64,000 bases of DNA from a virus, in IMG/VR virus record IMGVR_UViG_3300042897_000742, positions 1 through 64,000 of that record. One strand, 5' to 3'. The notes below the pieces were generated by a model that saw only the letters and a list, made by a program, of their open reading frames with translations, was not told the origin of the DNA and ran no database searches. Below are positions 18,748 to 27,018 of this stretch, one piece after another (the first letter of the stretch is position 1; each line of letters opens with the position of its first letter). A program made the translations under genes and the position numbers.

Positions 18748-19743
18748 ATGAATAGAGAACAAATCATTAAAGAAATTCAGGCAAAGAGTCAACAAGCTTT
18801 TTCTGAAATTAGAACACAGGCTTTACAAGAAGCAGTTAGAAATATGTCAGCTGTTGCTGCAACTGGAGATTCTAGTAGCGGAGGTGGTAATAATTCTAGA
18901 TATAGCATTCAATTTGTGGTAAATACTATTGATAGTACCTATTTCACATTTAATTTTACTTCTACTGGTGAGCCGATTGAGTTTACGATTGAGTGGGGCG
19001 ATGGTACTGTTCACGTAGATTCAGGTATTGGTGGATATTATGAAGAGAATCATACATATGACGAGGTTGGTGATTATATAGTTAATGTAATCTTTGATGA
19101 TCCTGCTAAGATTCTGCAATTAGATTTTCCTGGCGATGGAGATGCACCGATAAAGTCAATAACAGGACTACAAAATCTTTCTAATTTACAAGAGTTTAGA
19201 GCAGACTATAATGCTTTAGAAAGTGTAGATTTTTCTGGTTTAACAAACCTTACATATATTGATATAAGTGACTGTGATCTTGTTGATACAAACACTCCAT
19301 CATTAACTTCTGTTAATTTATCAGGTTGCTATAATTTACTTGAGCTTCGTGTAGACGATAGTGATTTTTCAGGTGGATTCCCAGATCTTGTAGGATTAGT
19401 TAATCTTGAATATTTTGATGCTGACCAATCTCTTATTGCAGGTAGTCTTGACATATCAATGTTACCTTCATTAACTGGATTTGATCTTAATGGAAATACA
19501 GATTTAACCGAGATAATTATTGATAGCAGTCAACCTCTAGGTAATGGCGGCTATGATATATTAGCATATAACTGTGACCTAACGGAAGAAGCGATAGATA
19601 ACATCTTAGTTGCTCTTTCTACAAACGGTGTATCAGGTGGATATGTTGAGTTAAACGGAGGAACTAATGCTACTCCTAGCGCAACTGGTCTTGCTGCTAA
19701 AGCGGTCCTAGAAGGTAACGGCTGGACGGTTGACGTTAACTAA
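18748..19743 (+). CDS. PKD-like plus leucine-rich repeat protein
   Basis: IEWGDG...HTY, followed by LxxLxxLxLxxN repeats. Confidence 0.75.
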   Translation: MNREQIIKEIQAKSQQAFSEIRTQALQEAVRNMSAVAATGDSSSGGGNNSRYSIQFVVNTIDSTYFTFNFTSTGEPIEFTIEWGDGTVHVDSGIGGYYEENHTYDEVGDYIVNVIFDDPAKILQLDFPGDGDAPIKSITGLQNLSNLQEFRADYNALESVDFSGLTNLTYIDISDCDLVDTNTPSLTSVNLSGCYNLLELRVDDSDFSGGFPDLVGLVNLEYFDADQSLIAGSLDISMLPSLTGFDLNGNTDLTEIIIDSSQPLGNGGYDILAYNCDLTEEAIDNILVALSTNGVSGGYVELNGGTNATPSATGLAAKAVLEGNGWTVDVN

Positions 19744-19759
19744 TAAAATAACTCCATGA

Positions 19760-22700
19760 ATGGCAGTAGTAACCTTAAAGGATCTTATGGATCCTCTAAC
19801 CAAGATAGCAAAGTCGACTGAAGAAACTGCATCAAAATTAGATGCTGTGGTTACTGCTGTTGCCGGTGGAAGTAGTGGGCAGTTAAGTCAAGCAATTGTA
19901 GCCGAATTACAAGTACAGACAGATTTATTAAAACAGATTGCTACAAATACGAAAAACGGTGCAATATCCGTAGGAGGTAAACCTATGGATAAAGATAAAC
20001 TTAAAGAAGGGGCAGAAGCCATCAAAATGTTAGGTGGTGGTGCTTCTTCTTTGGCATTTGGTTTATTAACATTTATGTTGGTACCTAAAGGTGCAATTAA
20101 AAAGTTTTCATCAACTATTACCGAAATCCTTGCTGTATTTGATCAATTAGATACAAAAAAGATTAAAGAAGGCTCAGAAGCGTTTGAAAAAATAGCAGCA
20201 AACATAGGTAAGTTTGCAAGAGGGCTCGCTGCCGCTGCATTCTTACTTATACCAGGATATGTAGGTGCTCTTTTACTTAAAGCTACATTAAAGATATTAC
20301 TTCCTACATTTGAAATGTTAGGAAAGAAAAGTAAAGTGATAAGTAAGGGTGCCGATGCATTAGGTATGATGGGAGATTCTCTAATTAAATTTGCAAAAGG
20401 GTTGGTGTTAGTTGCTATTGCTTCTATAGTAGGACTTGTTATGGCTCCTGTTATATTATTAACAGTAGTACTCTTTGCAGGGGCATTTGCATTATTAGGT
20501 AAATTTGATAGACCAATTAGGCAAGGAGCACGAGCTCTTTTATTAATGGGAAGATCTTTAGTTTTCTTTGCGGCTGGATTAGTCCTATTTGCTTTAGCTT
20601 CTATATTTATTTTGTTAAATCCAATCATTCTACTAGCAATGGTAGGAACTCTTGTTCTTATAAGTGGGGCATTTGCTCTTATAGGACTATTTGATAAACA
20701 AATCAGAAAAGGAGCGGTTGGTTTATTAATCATGGGATTAAGCTTAATAGTATTTTCTGTTGGGTACTTAGTGTTTGCAATGGTAACTAAGGATATGACA
20801 CTAGAACGATTAGGTGTACAGGCAGCAATTCTAGTTGGTATTGGTGTTGCTGTTGCTGCAGCCGGATTAGTCGTTAGCCAATTGGTCAAAGGTGCTATTG
20901 GTGTTGCTGCTATGGGAATTGGATTACTTGTATTTAGTCTTGGGTATCTTCCGTTTGCAAAGGTAACAGAGGATATGACTATCGAGGATATAGGTATACA
21001 ATCTGGAATCCTATTAGCATTAGGTTTAGAATTTGCTGCAGCTGGAGTTGGGGCATTATTTATATTAGCCGGGGCTGGTGCATTTGCTGCAGTTGGAATA
21101 TCTTTAGCCATATTATCTGGCGGTTTGGCTGCATTTAAAGCAGTAGGTTTTACTGAAGAAGACGCTTCTGCCATGACTACCACTTTAGTTGGTGTTAAAT
21201 CTGCATTCTTAGGTAATGCCGATGCCGATGAAGGTTTCTTCGCTAAATTAGGTGGTGCTATTACTGGTGCAGTTGATGCTGTTAGAATGGTTGAAGCAGC
21301 CGCTGGTTTTACTGCCGCGGGTATTGCATTGGCAACATTATCATTTGGTCTTAATAAGTTTAAGGAAGTTGGATGGAATGATGAATTGTCCAAAGAATTA
21401 GTAGTAATGTTAAATGGTGTTACTACTGCATTTGCATTGGCTGGGCAAGAGAAACAAGTACCAAGCACATCCTTCTTTGGACAAATGTTTGGGTTTAAAG
21501 CAAATTCTGTTGAAGAAGGAATAGAATCAGTTATGGGTGCCGGTAGAGCATTGAAAGATATTGCTCAAGGTCTTAAAGAATTCCAATCTCTTATTGATAG
21601 TGGGGTTAAATTTGGTCAACCCGATGGCAATGGTAATTATGAAGAAGGGACATTAGGTTATGCCGTTACAAATACAGTAGGATTTATTAGAACTGCTTTT
21701 GCCGCTGTAGCCAATGAAGGTAATGTTCAAGGTGGAGGTTTCTTTGATACTTTATTTAATGTTAAACAAAATAAAGTACAAGAAGGTATCCAATCGGTTA
21801 TGGGAACTGGCGCTGCTCTTAAAGATATTGCTGAAGGTCTTAAATCATTCCAGGCATTAATTGATAGCGGTGTTAATTTTGGACAACCTGATGCAAACGG
21901 AAGATATGCTCCTGGTACATTGGGTTATGCTGTTACAAATACCGTAGGTTTTGTTAGTGAAGCCTTTGCTGCAGTTGCAAGTCAAGGTAATGTACAGGCT
22001 GGTGGAATTATGGGATCTCTTTTTGGAATTGAAAAGAATAAAGTTGCTGAAGGTATTGATTCTGTGAAAGGTGCAGGTCAAGAACTTACTAACATTGCAA
22101 CTGGCCTCAAAACATTCCAAGAGATGGTTGATCAAAACATTAATTGGGATAAATTAGCAGATGCCGTTAAAAAATCAATTACCTTTGTAGGAGAAGCTTT
22201 TGCTGCAATCGGAGGTATGGAACAAGAGGACGGTTGGTTTATTTTTAGCTGGGATGAAAATCTTGTACAGAAAGGTGTTGAAAATGTAAAAGGTGCAGGC
22301 GAACAACTTAATTCAATTGCAAATGGTCTTAAGTCTTTTCAGGATATGATATCCAACAATGTTGATTTTGAAAAGTTAGGATATTCAATTAAAAATACCC
22401 TTATGTTTGTAGGTGATGCATTTGCAATGATAGGTGGTAAAGAACAGGAAGATTCAACAGGTATAAGTTCTTTATTTGGTATAAGCTGGGATGAGAATCT
22501 TGTACAAAAAGGTATTGAAAATGTAAAGGGTGCAGGTAAAGAATTAGAAAATATTGCACAAGGTTTACAAGCATTTACAGGTCTTAAGAATCCTGAGGCA
22601 ATTGCAAAAAGTATTAAATCAATCTTTACATCAATTGGGGATACTTTTACATATTATTATGAAAAGCCTAAGTTTAAGTCCCAAGTAGATCATATGCAAG

Positions 22701-23095
22701 GATTTATTTCTGAGATATCTAAAAATGCTGCTAAAGGTCTTATTCATAAAGCTGCTGAAGGTATGGATAAAATGGCTGCCGCTATTAATAAGATAGATGC
22801 AGATAAAGCAGAATCATTTGCAAATCTATTTAAGGGCGCAGGTGAATTAAGTAACAATGCAGCTGCATATGCTCAATTACTTAGTGCCGTCGAAGACATT
22901 AGAGATGCGTTAAATCAAAGTAATACTTCTACTGCTACCACCACAACAACTGATGGTAATGCCGGCAGTGGAGGCGGAGATAAAGGTCTTTCAGTAACTC
23001 TTAGAAGTATTAATACTACTTTAGGTAACCTAAATTCTACAATGAGTGGTTTACCTGGAAAAATTGCCGTACTCATTCCTACCGAAGGTACATAA
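19760..23095 (+). CDS. Tail tape measure protein
   Basis: 1111 aa, Ala/Gly-rich helical repeats and hydrophobic stretches, downstream of tube and chaperone genes. Confidence 0.8.
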   Translation: MAVVTLKDLMDPLTKIAKSTEETASKLDAVVTAVAGGSSGQLSQAIVAELQVQTDLLKQIATNTKNGAISVGGKPMDKDKLKEGAEAIKMLGGGASSLAFGLLTFMLVPKGAIKKFSSTITEILAVFDQLDTKKIKEGSEAFEKIAANIGKFARGLAAAAFLLIPGYVGALLLKATLKILLPTFEMLGKKSKVISKGADALGMMGDSLIKFAKGLVLVAIASIVGLVMAPVILLTVVLFAGAFALLGKFDRPIRQGARALLLMGRSLVFFAAGLVLFALASIFILLNPIILLAMVGTLVLISGAFALIGLFDKQIRKGAVGLLIMGLSLIVFSVGYLVFAMVTKDMTLERLGVQAAILVGIGVAVAAAGLVVSQLVKGAIGVAAMGIGLLVFSLGYLPFAKVTEDMTIEDIGIQSGILLALGLEFAAAGVGALFILAGAGAFAAVGISLAILSGGLAAFKAVGFTEEDASAMTTTLVGVKSAFLGNADADEGFFAKLGGAITGAVDAVRMVEAAAGFTAAGIALATLSFGLNKFKEVGWNDELSKELVVMLNGVTTAFALAGQEKQVPSTSFFGQMFGFKANSVEEGIESVMGAGRALKDIAQGLKEFQSLIDSGVKFGQPDGNGNYEEGTLGYAVTNTVGFIRTAFAAVANEGNVQGGGFFDTLFNVKQNKVQEGIQSVMGTGAALKDIAEGLKSFQALIDSGVNFGQPDANGRYAPGTLGYAVTNTVGFVSEAFAAVASQGNVQAGGIMGSLFGIEKNKVAEGIDSVKGAGQELTNIATGLKTFQEMVDQNINWDKLADAVKKSITFVGEAFAAIGGMEQEDGWFIFSWDENLVQKGVENVKGAGEQLNSIANGLKSFQDMISNNVDFEKLGYSIKNTLMFVGDAFAMIGGKEQEDSTGISSLFGISWDENLVQKGIENVKGAGKELENIAQGLQAFTGLKNPEAIAKSIKSIFTSIGDTFTYYYEKPKFKSQVDHMQGFISEISKNAAKGLIHKAAEGMDKMAAAINKIDADKAESFANLFKGAGELSNNAAAYAQLLSAVEDIRDALNQSNTSTATTTTTDGNAGSGGGDKGLSVTLRSINTTLGNLNSTMSGLPGKIAVLIPTEGT

Positions 23096-23180
23096 TAAAT
23101 CTTTTTCTTAGAAACCTAAAACTAAGTTATCTGGTTACTATATAAAATTAACGGATTGTTCCACTAAAAGTATAGTAATT

Positions 23181-23975
23181 ATGGATAAGAGTATTGTTTG
23201 GTTTGATTTAGAAACTACTGGTGTTAACACAGCAACAGATAGGATTATTGAGATCTGTATGATCAAAACTGATTTTGAAGGTAATGAGATCTCATCTTTT
23301 TATACACTCGTAAATCCTGGGCCTGGTATTGAATGGCGCCAAGAAGCGATTGATAAACATGGAATCACACCAGATATGCTCGAAGACCAGGATAGGTTTG
23401 AATATATTGCCAAAGAAGTTATGGACTTTATAGGTGATAGCGACCTTGGTGGTTATAATGCACTTTACTTTGATATCCCAATGCTTACTGAAGAATTTAT
23501 GCGAGCTGGTCTTGTATTTAATCCTCGCGGTAAGGCCGTTATTGATCCGTTCCTAATCTATTCTAAATACGAAAGACGAGACCTTAGTACTGCATACACC
23601 AAGTACACTGGTAAAACTTTAGACGGTGCACACCGTGCAGAAGCAGATATTCGTGCAACAATGGAAATCTTCCAGGCACAACGCAATCTATATGATATGC
23701 CAGGATCTGCTGCCGAAATTGACCAGGTAGTTAATGAGTCTCGCCAAACGCAAGTTGACCTAAGCGGTAAGTTTAAGTTTGCCGAAATCAACGGTAAAAA
23801 AGAAATCATCTTTAATTTTGGAAAATGGGCAGGTAAACCTTTTAAAGAAGTTTATGAAGCTGACTCCAGATATATTGAATGGATGATTGATAAAGGCGAA
23901 TTTGCAAAAGAAACCAAAATCATTGCAAGAAAGCTTGTAGAAAAGCTAAAGGCAGAGTCCCCAATGCCATTCTAA
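23181..23975 (+). CDS. DEDDh 3'-5' exonuclease (DNA polymerase III epsilon-like)
   Basis: FDLETTG, HGIT, GYN..FD, HRAEAD, FNFGK. Confidence 0.9.
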   Translation: MDKSIVWFDLETTGVNTATDRIIEICMIKTDFEGNEISSFYTLVNPGPGIEWRQEAIDKHGITPDMLEDQDRFEYIAKEVMDFIGDSDLGGYNALYFDIPMLTEEFMRAGLVFNPRGKAVIDPFLIYSKYERRDLSTAYTKYTGKTLDGAHRAEADIRATMEIFQAQRNLYDMPGSAAEIDQVVNESRQTQVDLSGKFKFAEINGKKEIIFNFGKWAGKPFKEVYEADSRYIEWMIDKGEFAKETKIIARKLVEKLKAESPMPF

Positions 23976-24002
23976 ATTGTTAATAACTTTTTTCATCTGG
24001 AG

Positions 24003-24056
24003 AGAAAAAAGTCTCCCAAAAATTTTCAAATCCCAAAAATTTGTTTTATATTTATA
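24003..24056 (+). promoter_or_regulatory. Putative early (host sigma) promoter, 44/54 identical to 35901-35954
   Basis: TTTCA-N18-TATATTTA; Bacteroidota-like -33/-7 layout. Confidence 0.65.
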
Positions 24057-24071
24057 TAAAATTAAACGGAT

Positions 24072-24278
24072 ATGGAAAATCAAATTAACAAAGGATCAAT
24101 CGTAACATACCAAGGTGGATTCTACCGGGTATCAAACTGCACAAAAAATACTGTCAATCTGGCATCTGTCTGGGGCTGCCGCGTATACCACAAAGGTATT
24201 AAAATATCTGAGGTTACCGAATCTGCTGCCGAATTCCACGAACAGTGGTCTAAGTCTGAAACATATCAATGCATGTAA
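24072..24278 (+). CDS. Hypothetical protein
   Basis: First ORF after the early promoter. Confidence 0.6.
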   Translation: MENQINKGSIVTYQGGFYRVSNCTKNTVNLASVWGCRVYHKGIKISEVTESAAEFHEQWSKSETYQCM

Positions 24279-24279
24279 T

Positions 24280-24507
24280 ATGATACGAGAAAAACAAAAA
24301 AGAACTGCGCCTATTGTAATCGACCTCACAGGTCCTGATGGAAATGCATTCGCACTTATGGGTTATGCAAAGAATTTTGCAAAACAACTCGGATGGGAAC
24401 GCGAAAGATCACAGAACCTAATCACTGAAATGATGAGTGGGGATTATGATAATCTCATTCAGGTATTTGATCGCGAATTTGGTAACTTTGTAATTTTAGA
24501 AAAATGA
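24280..24507 (+). CDS. Hypothetical phage protein
   Basis: IDLTGPDGNAFALMG...MSGDYDNL; start moved to the ATG at 24280. Confidence 0.65.
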   Translation: MIREKQKRTAPIVIDLTGPDGNAFALMGYAKNFAKQLGWERERSQNLITEMMSGDYDNLIQVFDREFGNFVILEK

Positions 24508-24806
24508 AAATAGACATTGAAAAACTTAAACAGATTGAAGAAGCCCTCGGGCAATTTGAGGTAGGTCGTATCTTCGGCGGCGGTAATCATAATTACCTTC
24601 GCTTTGGGTATTGGAGACCAACCGATTGGAAAACTCTTCAAGAAATCCTTGGTCCTTCTATCGTGGTAGAAGAAGACTCTGATTACGATGATGACTGTGG
24701 ATGGAAGTATTCCTATGTTCTATACGATCGCATGGAATGGGATATGATTCAAAAGAATCGTCGTGAACAAATGGAATCTTGGAGAACTCCAGTAAACAAT
24801 CGTTAA
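24504..24806 (+). CDS. Hypothetical protein
   Basis: ATGA overlap with the upstream stop. Confidence 0.6.
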   Translation: MKIDIEKLKQIEEALGQFEVGRIFGGGNHNYLRFGYWRPTDWKTLQEILGPSIVVEEDSDYDDDCGWKYSYVLYDRMEWDMIQKNRREQMESWRTPVNNR

Positions 24807-24820
24807 CCGCGATTATATAA
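24794..24820 (+). promoter_or_regulatory. Putative middle promoter for tmRNA
   Basis: AAAC-N17-ATATAA. Confidence 0.65.
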
Positions 24821-24829
24821 ATAAAGGTA

Positions 24830-24846
24830 CGTTCTTTAACATATTG
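24830..24846 (+). promoter_or_regulatory. rrn-type boxA antitermination element
   Basis: CGTTCTTTAACATATTG; near-identical copy at 25652-25668. Confidence 0.65.
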
Positions 24847-25230
24847 GGGGTGACCAGGTTTTGACGGTTAAGCTGAAATTAGGTTACTGATGCAAGCAGG
24901 ATTAGATGGAAATCCTTAAACACCTATCACACAATAAAAGGCGAAGAGAAATCTTCATTCACCTGGGAAGACGCTATGGCTTTCGTAGGTGCTGATTACG
25001 CTGTAGCAGCCTAGTCAGTCTCGCACTCATCGTGAGGTTTCAAAAAGAATGAGAATACAAGGTTTCGTTCAGAGGGCTACCTTATTACAAGTGAACTCGA
25101 CACAGTTATTGGTAACAATGTCAAAATAGGAACCATTTATTTTGGCCATTAAGAAAAATGGCCTAAGCTTGTGAACGAGGGATTTAGGTTCCTTAGTCGG
25201 ACATGGGTTCGAATCCCATCACCTCCACCA
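24846..25230 (+). ncRNA. ssrA: tmRNA
   Basis: Acceptor stem GGGGGTG/CACCTCC-ACCA with G3-U70; T-arm GGGTTCGAATCCC; tag ORF 24940-25014 GEEKSSFTWEDAMAFVGADYAVAA*. Confidence 0.95.
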
Positions 25231-25233
25231 AAA

Positions 25234-25288
25234 AGGATGCATACAGCAACTTTGGACTAGACTTGTAAACTACAACCCAATGCATCCT
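25234..25288 (+). ncRNA. Unknown small RNA, ACAGCAA scaffold with Thr(UGU)-like anticodon loop
   Basis: AGGATGCA/TGCATCCT closing stem, ATACAGCAA, loop CTTGTAA; paralogue at 25925. Confidence 0.6.
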
Positions 25289-25294
25289 GATTCT

Positions 25295-25367
<73 letters not shown>

Positions 25368-25385
25368 CAAAATCTCACATATGTG

Positions 25386-25412
25386 AAACAAACACTATGT
25401 GTGTATATATAA
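25386..25412 (+). promoter_or_regulatory. Putative middle promoter for the leader ORF
   Basis: AAAC-N17-ATATAA, 22 nt before the leader ATG. Confidence 0.65.
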
Positions 25413-25434
25413 TTAACAAATAAAAACAATTTCA

Positions 25435-25530
25435 ATGCAACTGCACGGATGTACATATTGGATTCTTAGTAATGTGGAGAAGAATTTTCCACAAGCGGAT
25501 TCAATTACACCAAGTCCAGGCAGGAGCTGA
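25435..25530 (+). CDS. Putative attenuator leader peptide containing all 20 amino acids
   Basis: MQLHGCTYWILSNVEKNFPQADSITPSPGRS*, double TGA stop, A-rich 5' leader, located between a promoter and a terminator. Confidence 0.75.
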   Translation: MQLHGCTYWILSNVEKNFPQADSITPSPGRS

Positions 25531-25553
25531 TGAGATAAAACACTTACATAATC

Positions 25554-25590
25554 AAGCCTCCTGGATAAAAAATTCCGGGAGGCTTTTTTT
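25554..25590 (+). terminator. Intrinsic terminator / attenuator upstream of the tRNA array
   Basis: AAGCCTCCTGGA-TAAAAAAT-TCCGGGAGGCTT-TTTTT; the 5' arm is complementary to leader nt 25515-25531. Confidence 0.85.
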
Positions 25591-25596
25591 ATGGGT

Positions 25597-25630
25597 CTCT
25601 TTCAGAAATAGATTGAATGAGTTATATTTG
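25597..25630 (+). promoter_or_regulatory. Putative host-sigma promoter of the tRNA array
   Basis: CTCTTTCAGAAAT-N12-TTATATTTG, same layout as 28413-28446. Confidence 0.65.
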
Positions 25631-25651
25631 TTTAGAATAGAATTTCAAATT

Positions 25652-25668
25652 CGTTCTTTGACATATTG
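25652..25668 (+). promoter_or_regulatory. rrn-type boxA antitermination element
   Basis: CGTTCTTTGACATATTG, 10 nt before the first tRNA of the array. Confidence 0.65.
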
Positions 25669-25678
25669 AGGTACCAAC

Positions 25679-25764
25679 GGAAAGATGGTAGAGTTGGTTG
25701 ATTACACCGGTCTTGAAAACCGGCATACCGCGAGGTATCGGGGGTTCGAATCCCTCTCTTTCCG
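25679..25764 (+). tRNA. tRNA-Ser(TGA)
   Basis: CCGGT-CTTGAAA-ACCGG, long variable arm. Confidence 0.95.
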
Positions 25765-25771
25765 CTTAAAT

Positions 25772-25842
25772 TGCCCTCTCGTCTAATGGCAGGACATGTG
25801 GTTTTGGTCCACAGTGTAGAGGTTCGAATCCTTTGGGGGCAA
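25772..25842 (+). tRNA. tRNA-Gln(TTG)
   Basis: TGTGG-TTTTGGT-CCACA. Confidence 0.93.
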
Positions 25843-25847
25843 CATAT

Positions 25848-25922
25848 AGGGAAGTAGCGTAGCCCGGTTATCGCGCCTGGTTTGGGACCAGGAGATCGCA
25901 GGTTCGAATCCTGTCTTCCCTA
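25848..25922 (+). tRNA. tRNA-Pro(TGG)
   Basis: CCTGG-TTTGGGA-CCAGG. Confidence 0.95.
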
Positions 25923-25924
25923 CA

Positions 25925-25979
25925 AGGATACATACAGCAAATTTTATCAAACTGCAACTTTGAAGCCAAAACGTATCCT
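25925..25979 (+). ncRNA. Unknown small RNA, ACAGCAA scaffold with Cys(GCA)-like anticodon stem-loop
   Basis: AGGATAC/GTATCCT stem, ATACAGCAA, TCAAA-CTGCAAC-TTTGA. Confidence 0.6.
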
Positions 25980-25985
25980 GTATTT

Positions 25986-26058
25986 GCCTCTGTAGCTCAG
26001 TTGGTAGAGCTACTGATTTGTAATCAGTGGGTCGTAGGTTCGAATCCTATCGGAGGCT
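25986..26058 (+). tRNA. tRNA-Thr(TGT)
   Basis: ACTGA-TTTGTAA-TCAGT. Confidence 0.95.
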
Positions 26059-26070
26059 CAAACATTATTT

Positions 26071-26144
26071 GGTCCGTTCGTCTAATTGGTTAGGACATCT
26101 CCCTTTCACGGAGAAGCTTACGGGTTCGATCCCCGTACGGACTA
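26071..26144 (+). tRNA. tRNA-Glu(TTC)
   Basis: TCTCC-CTTTCAC-GGAGA. Confidence 0.93.
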
Positions 26145-26150
26145 CAACAT

Positions 26151-26225
26151 TGCGGGGTGGACTGGAGATGGTTCCAGCTCGGTCTCATAAGCCGAACCAC
26201 ATGGGTTCGATTCCCATCCCCGCAA
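26151..26225 (+). tRNA. tRNA-Met(CAT), initiator-like
   Basis: TGCGGGG/CCCCGCA acceptor; TCGGT-CTCATAA-GCCGA. Confidence 0.88.
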
Positions 26226-26332
26226 CAAAGGTGGTATCTAGACGAAAATGAAATTCCTGCTGTGAAGTCGACTTAATCAGCATATTCAGAAGTAGAAATG
26301 AAGGATCGCAAATCTTTCGCCACCCTCTTATT

Positions 26333-26409
26333 GGCTCGTTAGTAGAGATGGTTACAATGTCGCCCTGTCACGGCGAAGGTCACGGGTTCGAGTCCCGTAC
26401 GGGCCGCCA
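26333..26409 (+). tRNA. tRNA-Asp(GTC)
   Basis: TCGCC-CTGTCAC-GGCGA; encoded CCA. Confidence 0.95.
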
Positions 26410-26481
26410 AAAAATGCCGAGGTTAATGCATAACCTAAAGTAACACGTACGGTTACACAGTAGGAAGGCTACCTACACTTT

Positions 26482-26555
26482 GGGGGTATAGCTCAGTTGG
26501 CTAGAGCATCTGCCTTGCACGCAGAGGGTCGTGGGTTCGAATCCCTCTACCTCCA
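26482..26555 (+). tRNA. tRNA-Ala(TGC)
   Basis: TCTGC-CTTGCAC-GCAGA; G3-U70. Confidence 0.95.
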
Positions 26556-26559
26556 CTAA

Positions 26560-26632
26560 GATCTCGTAGCTCAGTTGGTAGAGCAATACACTTTTAATGT
26601 ATGGGCCGCGCGTTCGAGCTGCGCCGGGATCA
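26560..26632 (+). tRNA. tRNA-Lys(TTT)
   Basis: ATACA-CTTTTAA-TGTAT. Confidence 0.9.
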
Positions 26633-26732
26633 CAAAAAAATCGTACATCATAGTTTTCCCGTTTAGGATGTAGCTATAAGATGTAAATGTGAAAGGCGCA
26701 ATCGCAGTAGGTTAAGCGATATCCTACAACTT

Positions 26733-26813
26733 GCCGAAGTGGTGGAATGGTATACACGCTGGTCTTAGGAACCAGTGCCTAACGGCTTAAGGGTTCGAGT
26801 CCCTTCTTCGGTA
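26733..26813 (+). tRNA. tRNA-Leu(TAG)
   Basis: CTGGT-CTTAGGA-ACCAG, variable arm. Confidence 0.95.
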
Positions 26814-26818
26814 CTAAT

Positions 26819-26896
26819 GCATCTTTAGCTCAGTTGGTTTAGAGCGTTACCCTTACAAGGTAAATGTCGGTGGTTCGAATCCATCAAGGTGCACCA
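26819..26896 (+). tRNA. tRNA-Val(TAC)
   Basis: TTACC-CTTACAA-GGTAA; encoded CCA. Confidence 0.95.
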
Positions 26897-27018
26897 AGAG
26901 ATATAGTGAAGCTGTATGATATGGTCTTAATCCCGCTGACTGTCAAAAAGGCATTAGGAGATTCAGATGTGTTGATTATATCACAGAATGCCCGAAAGAC
27001 CCGAAGTATCTCTTTTAT

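Noticed and set aside
20143-21468. 441-aa minus-strand ORF
   Set aside because: Antisense shadow of the Ala/Gly-rich tape measure gene, with no motif or promoter.
25472-25669. 65-aa ORF from the ORF track
   Set aside because: It runs through the terminator, promoter and boxA. The 25435 frame has the A-rich leader and a coherent role.
26896-27014. SRP RNA
   Set aside because: No GNRA-capped helix 8 with the conserved internal loop; kept only as an unknown structured RNA.
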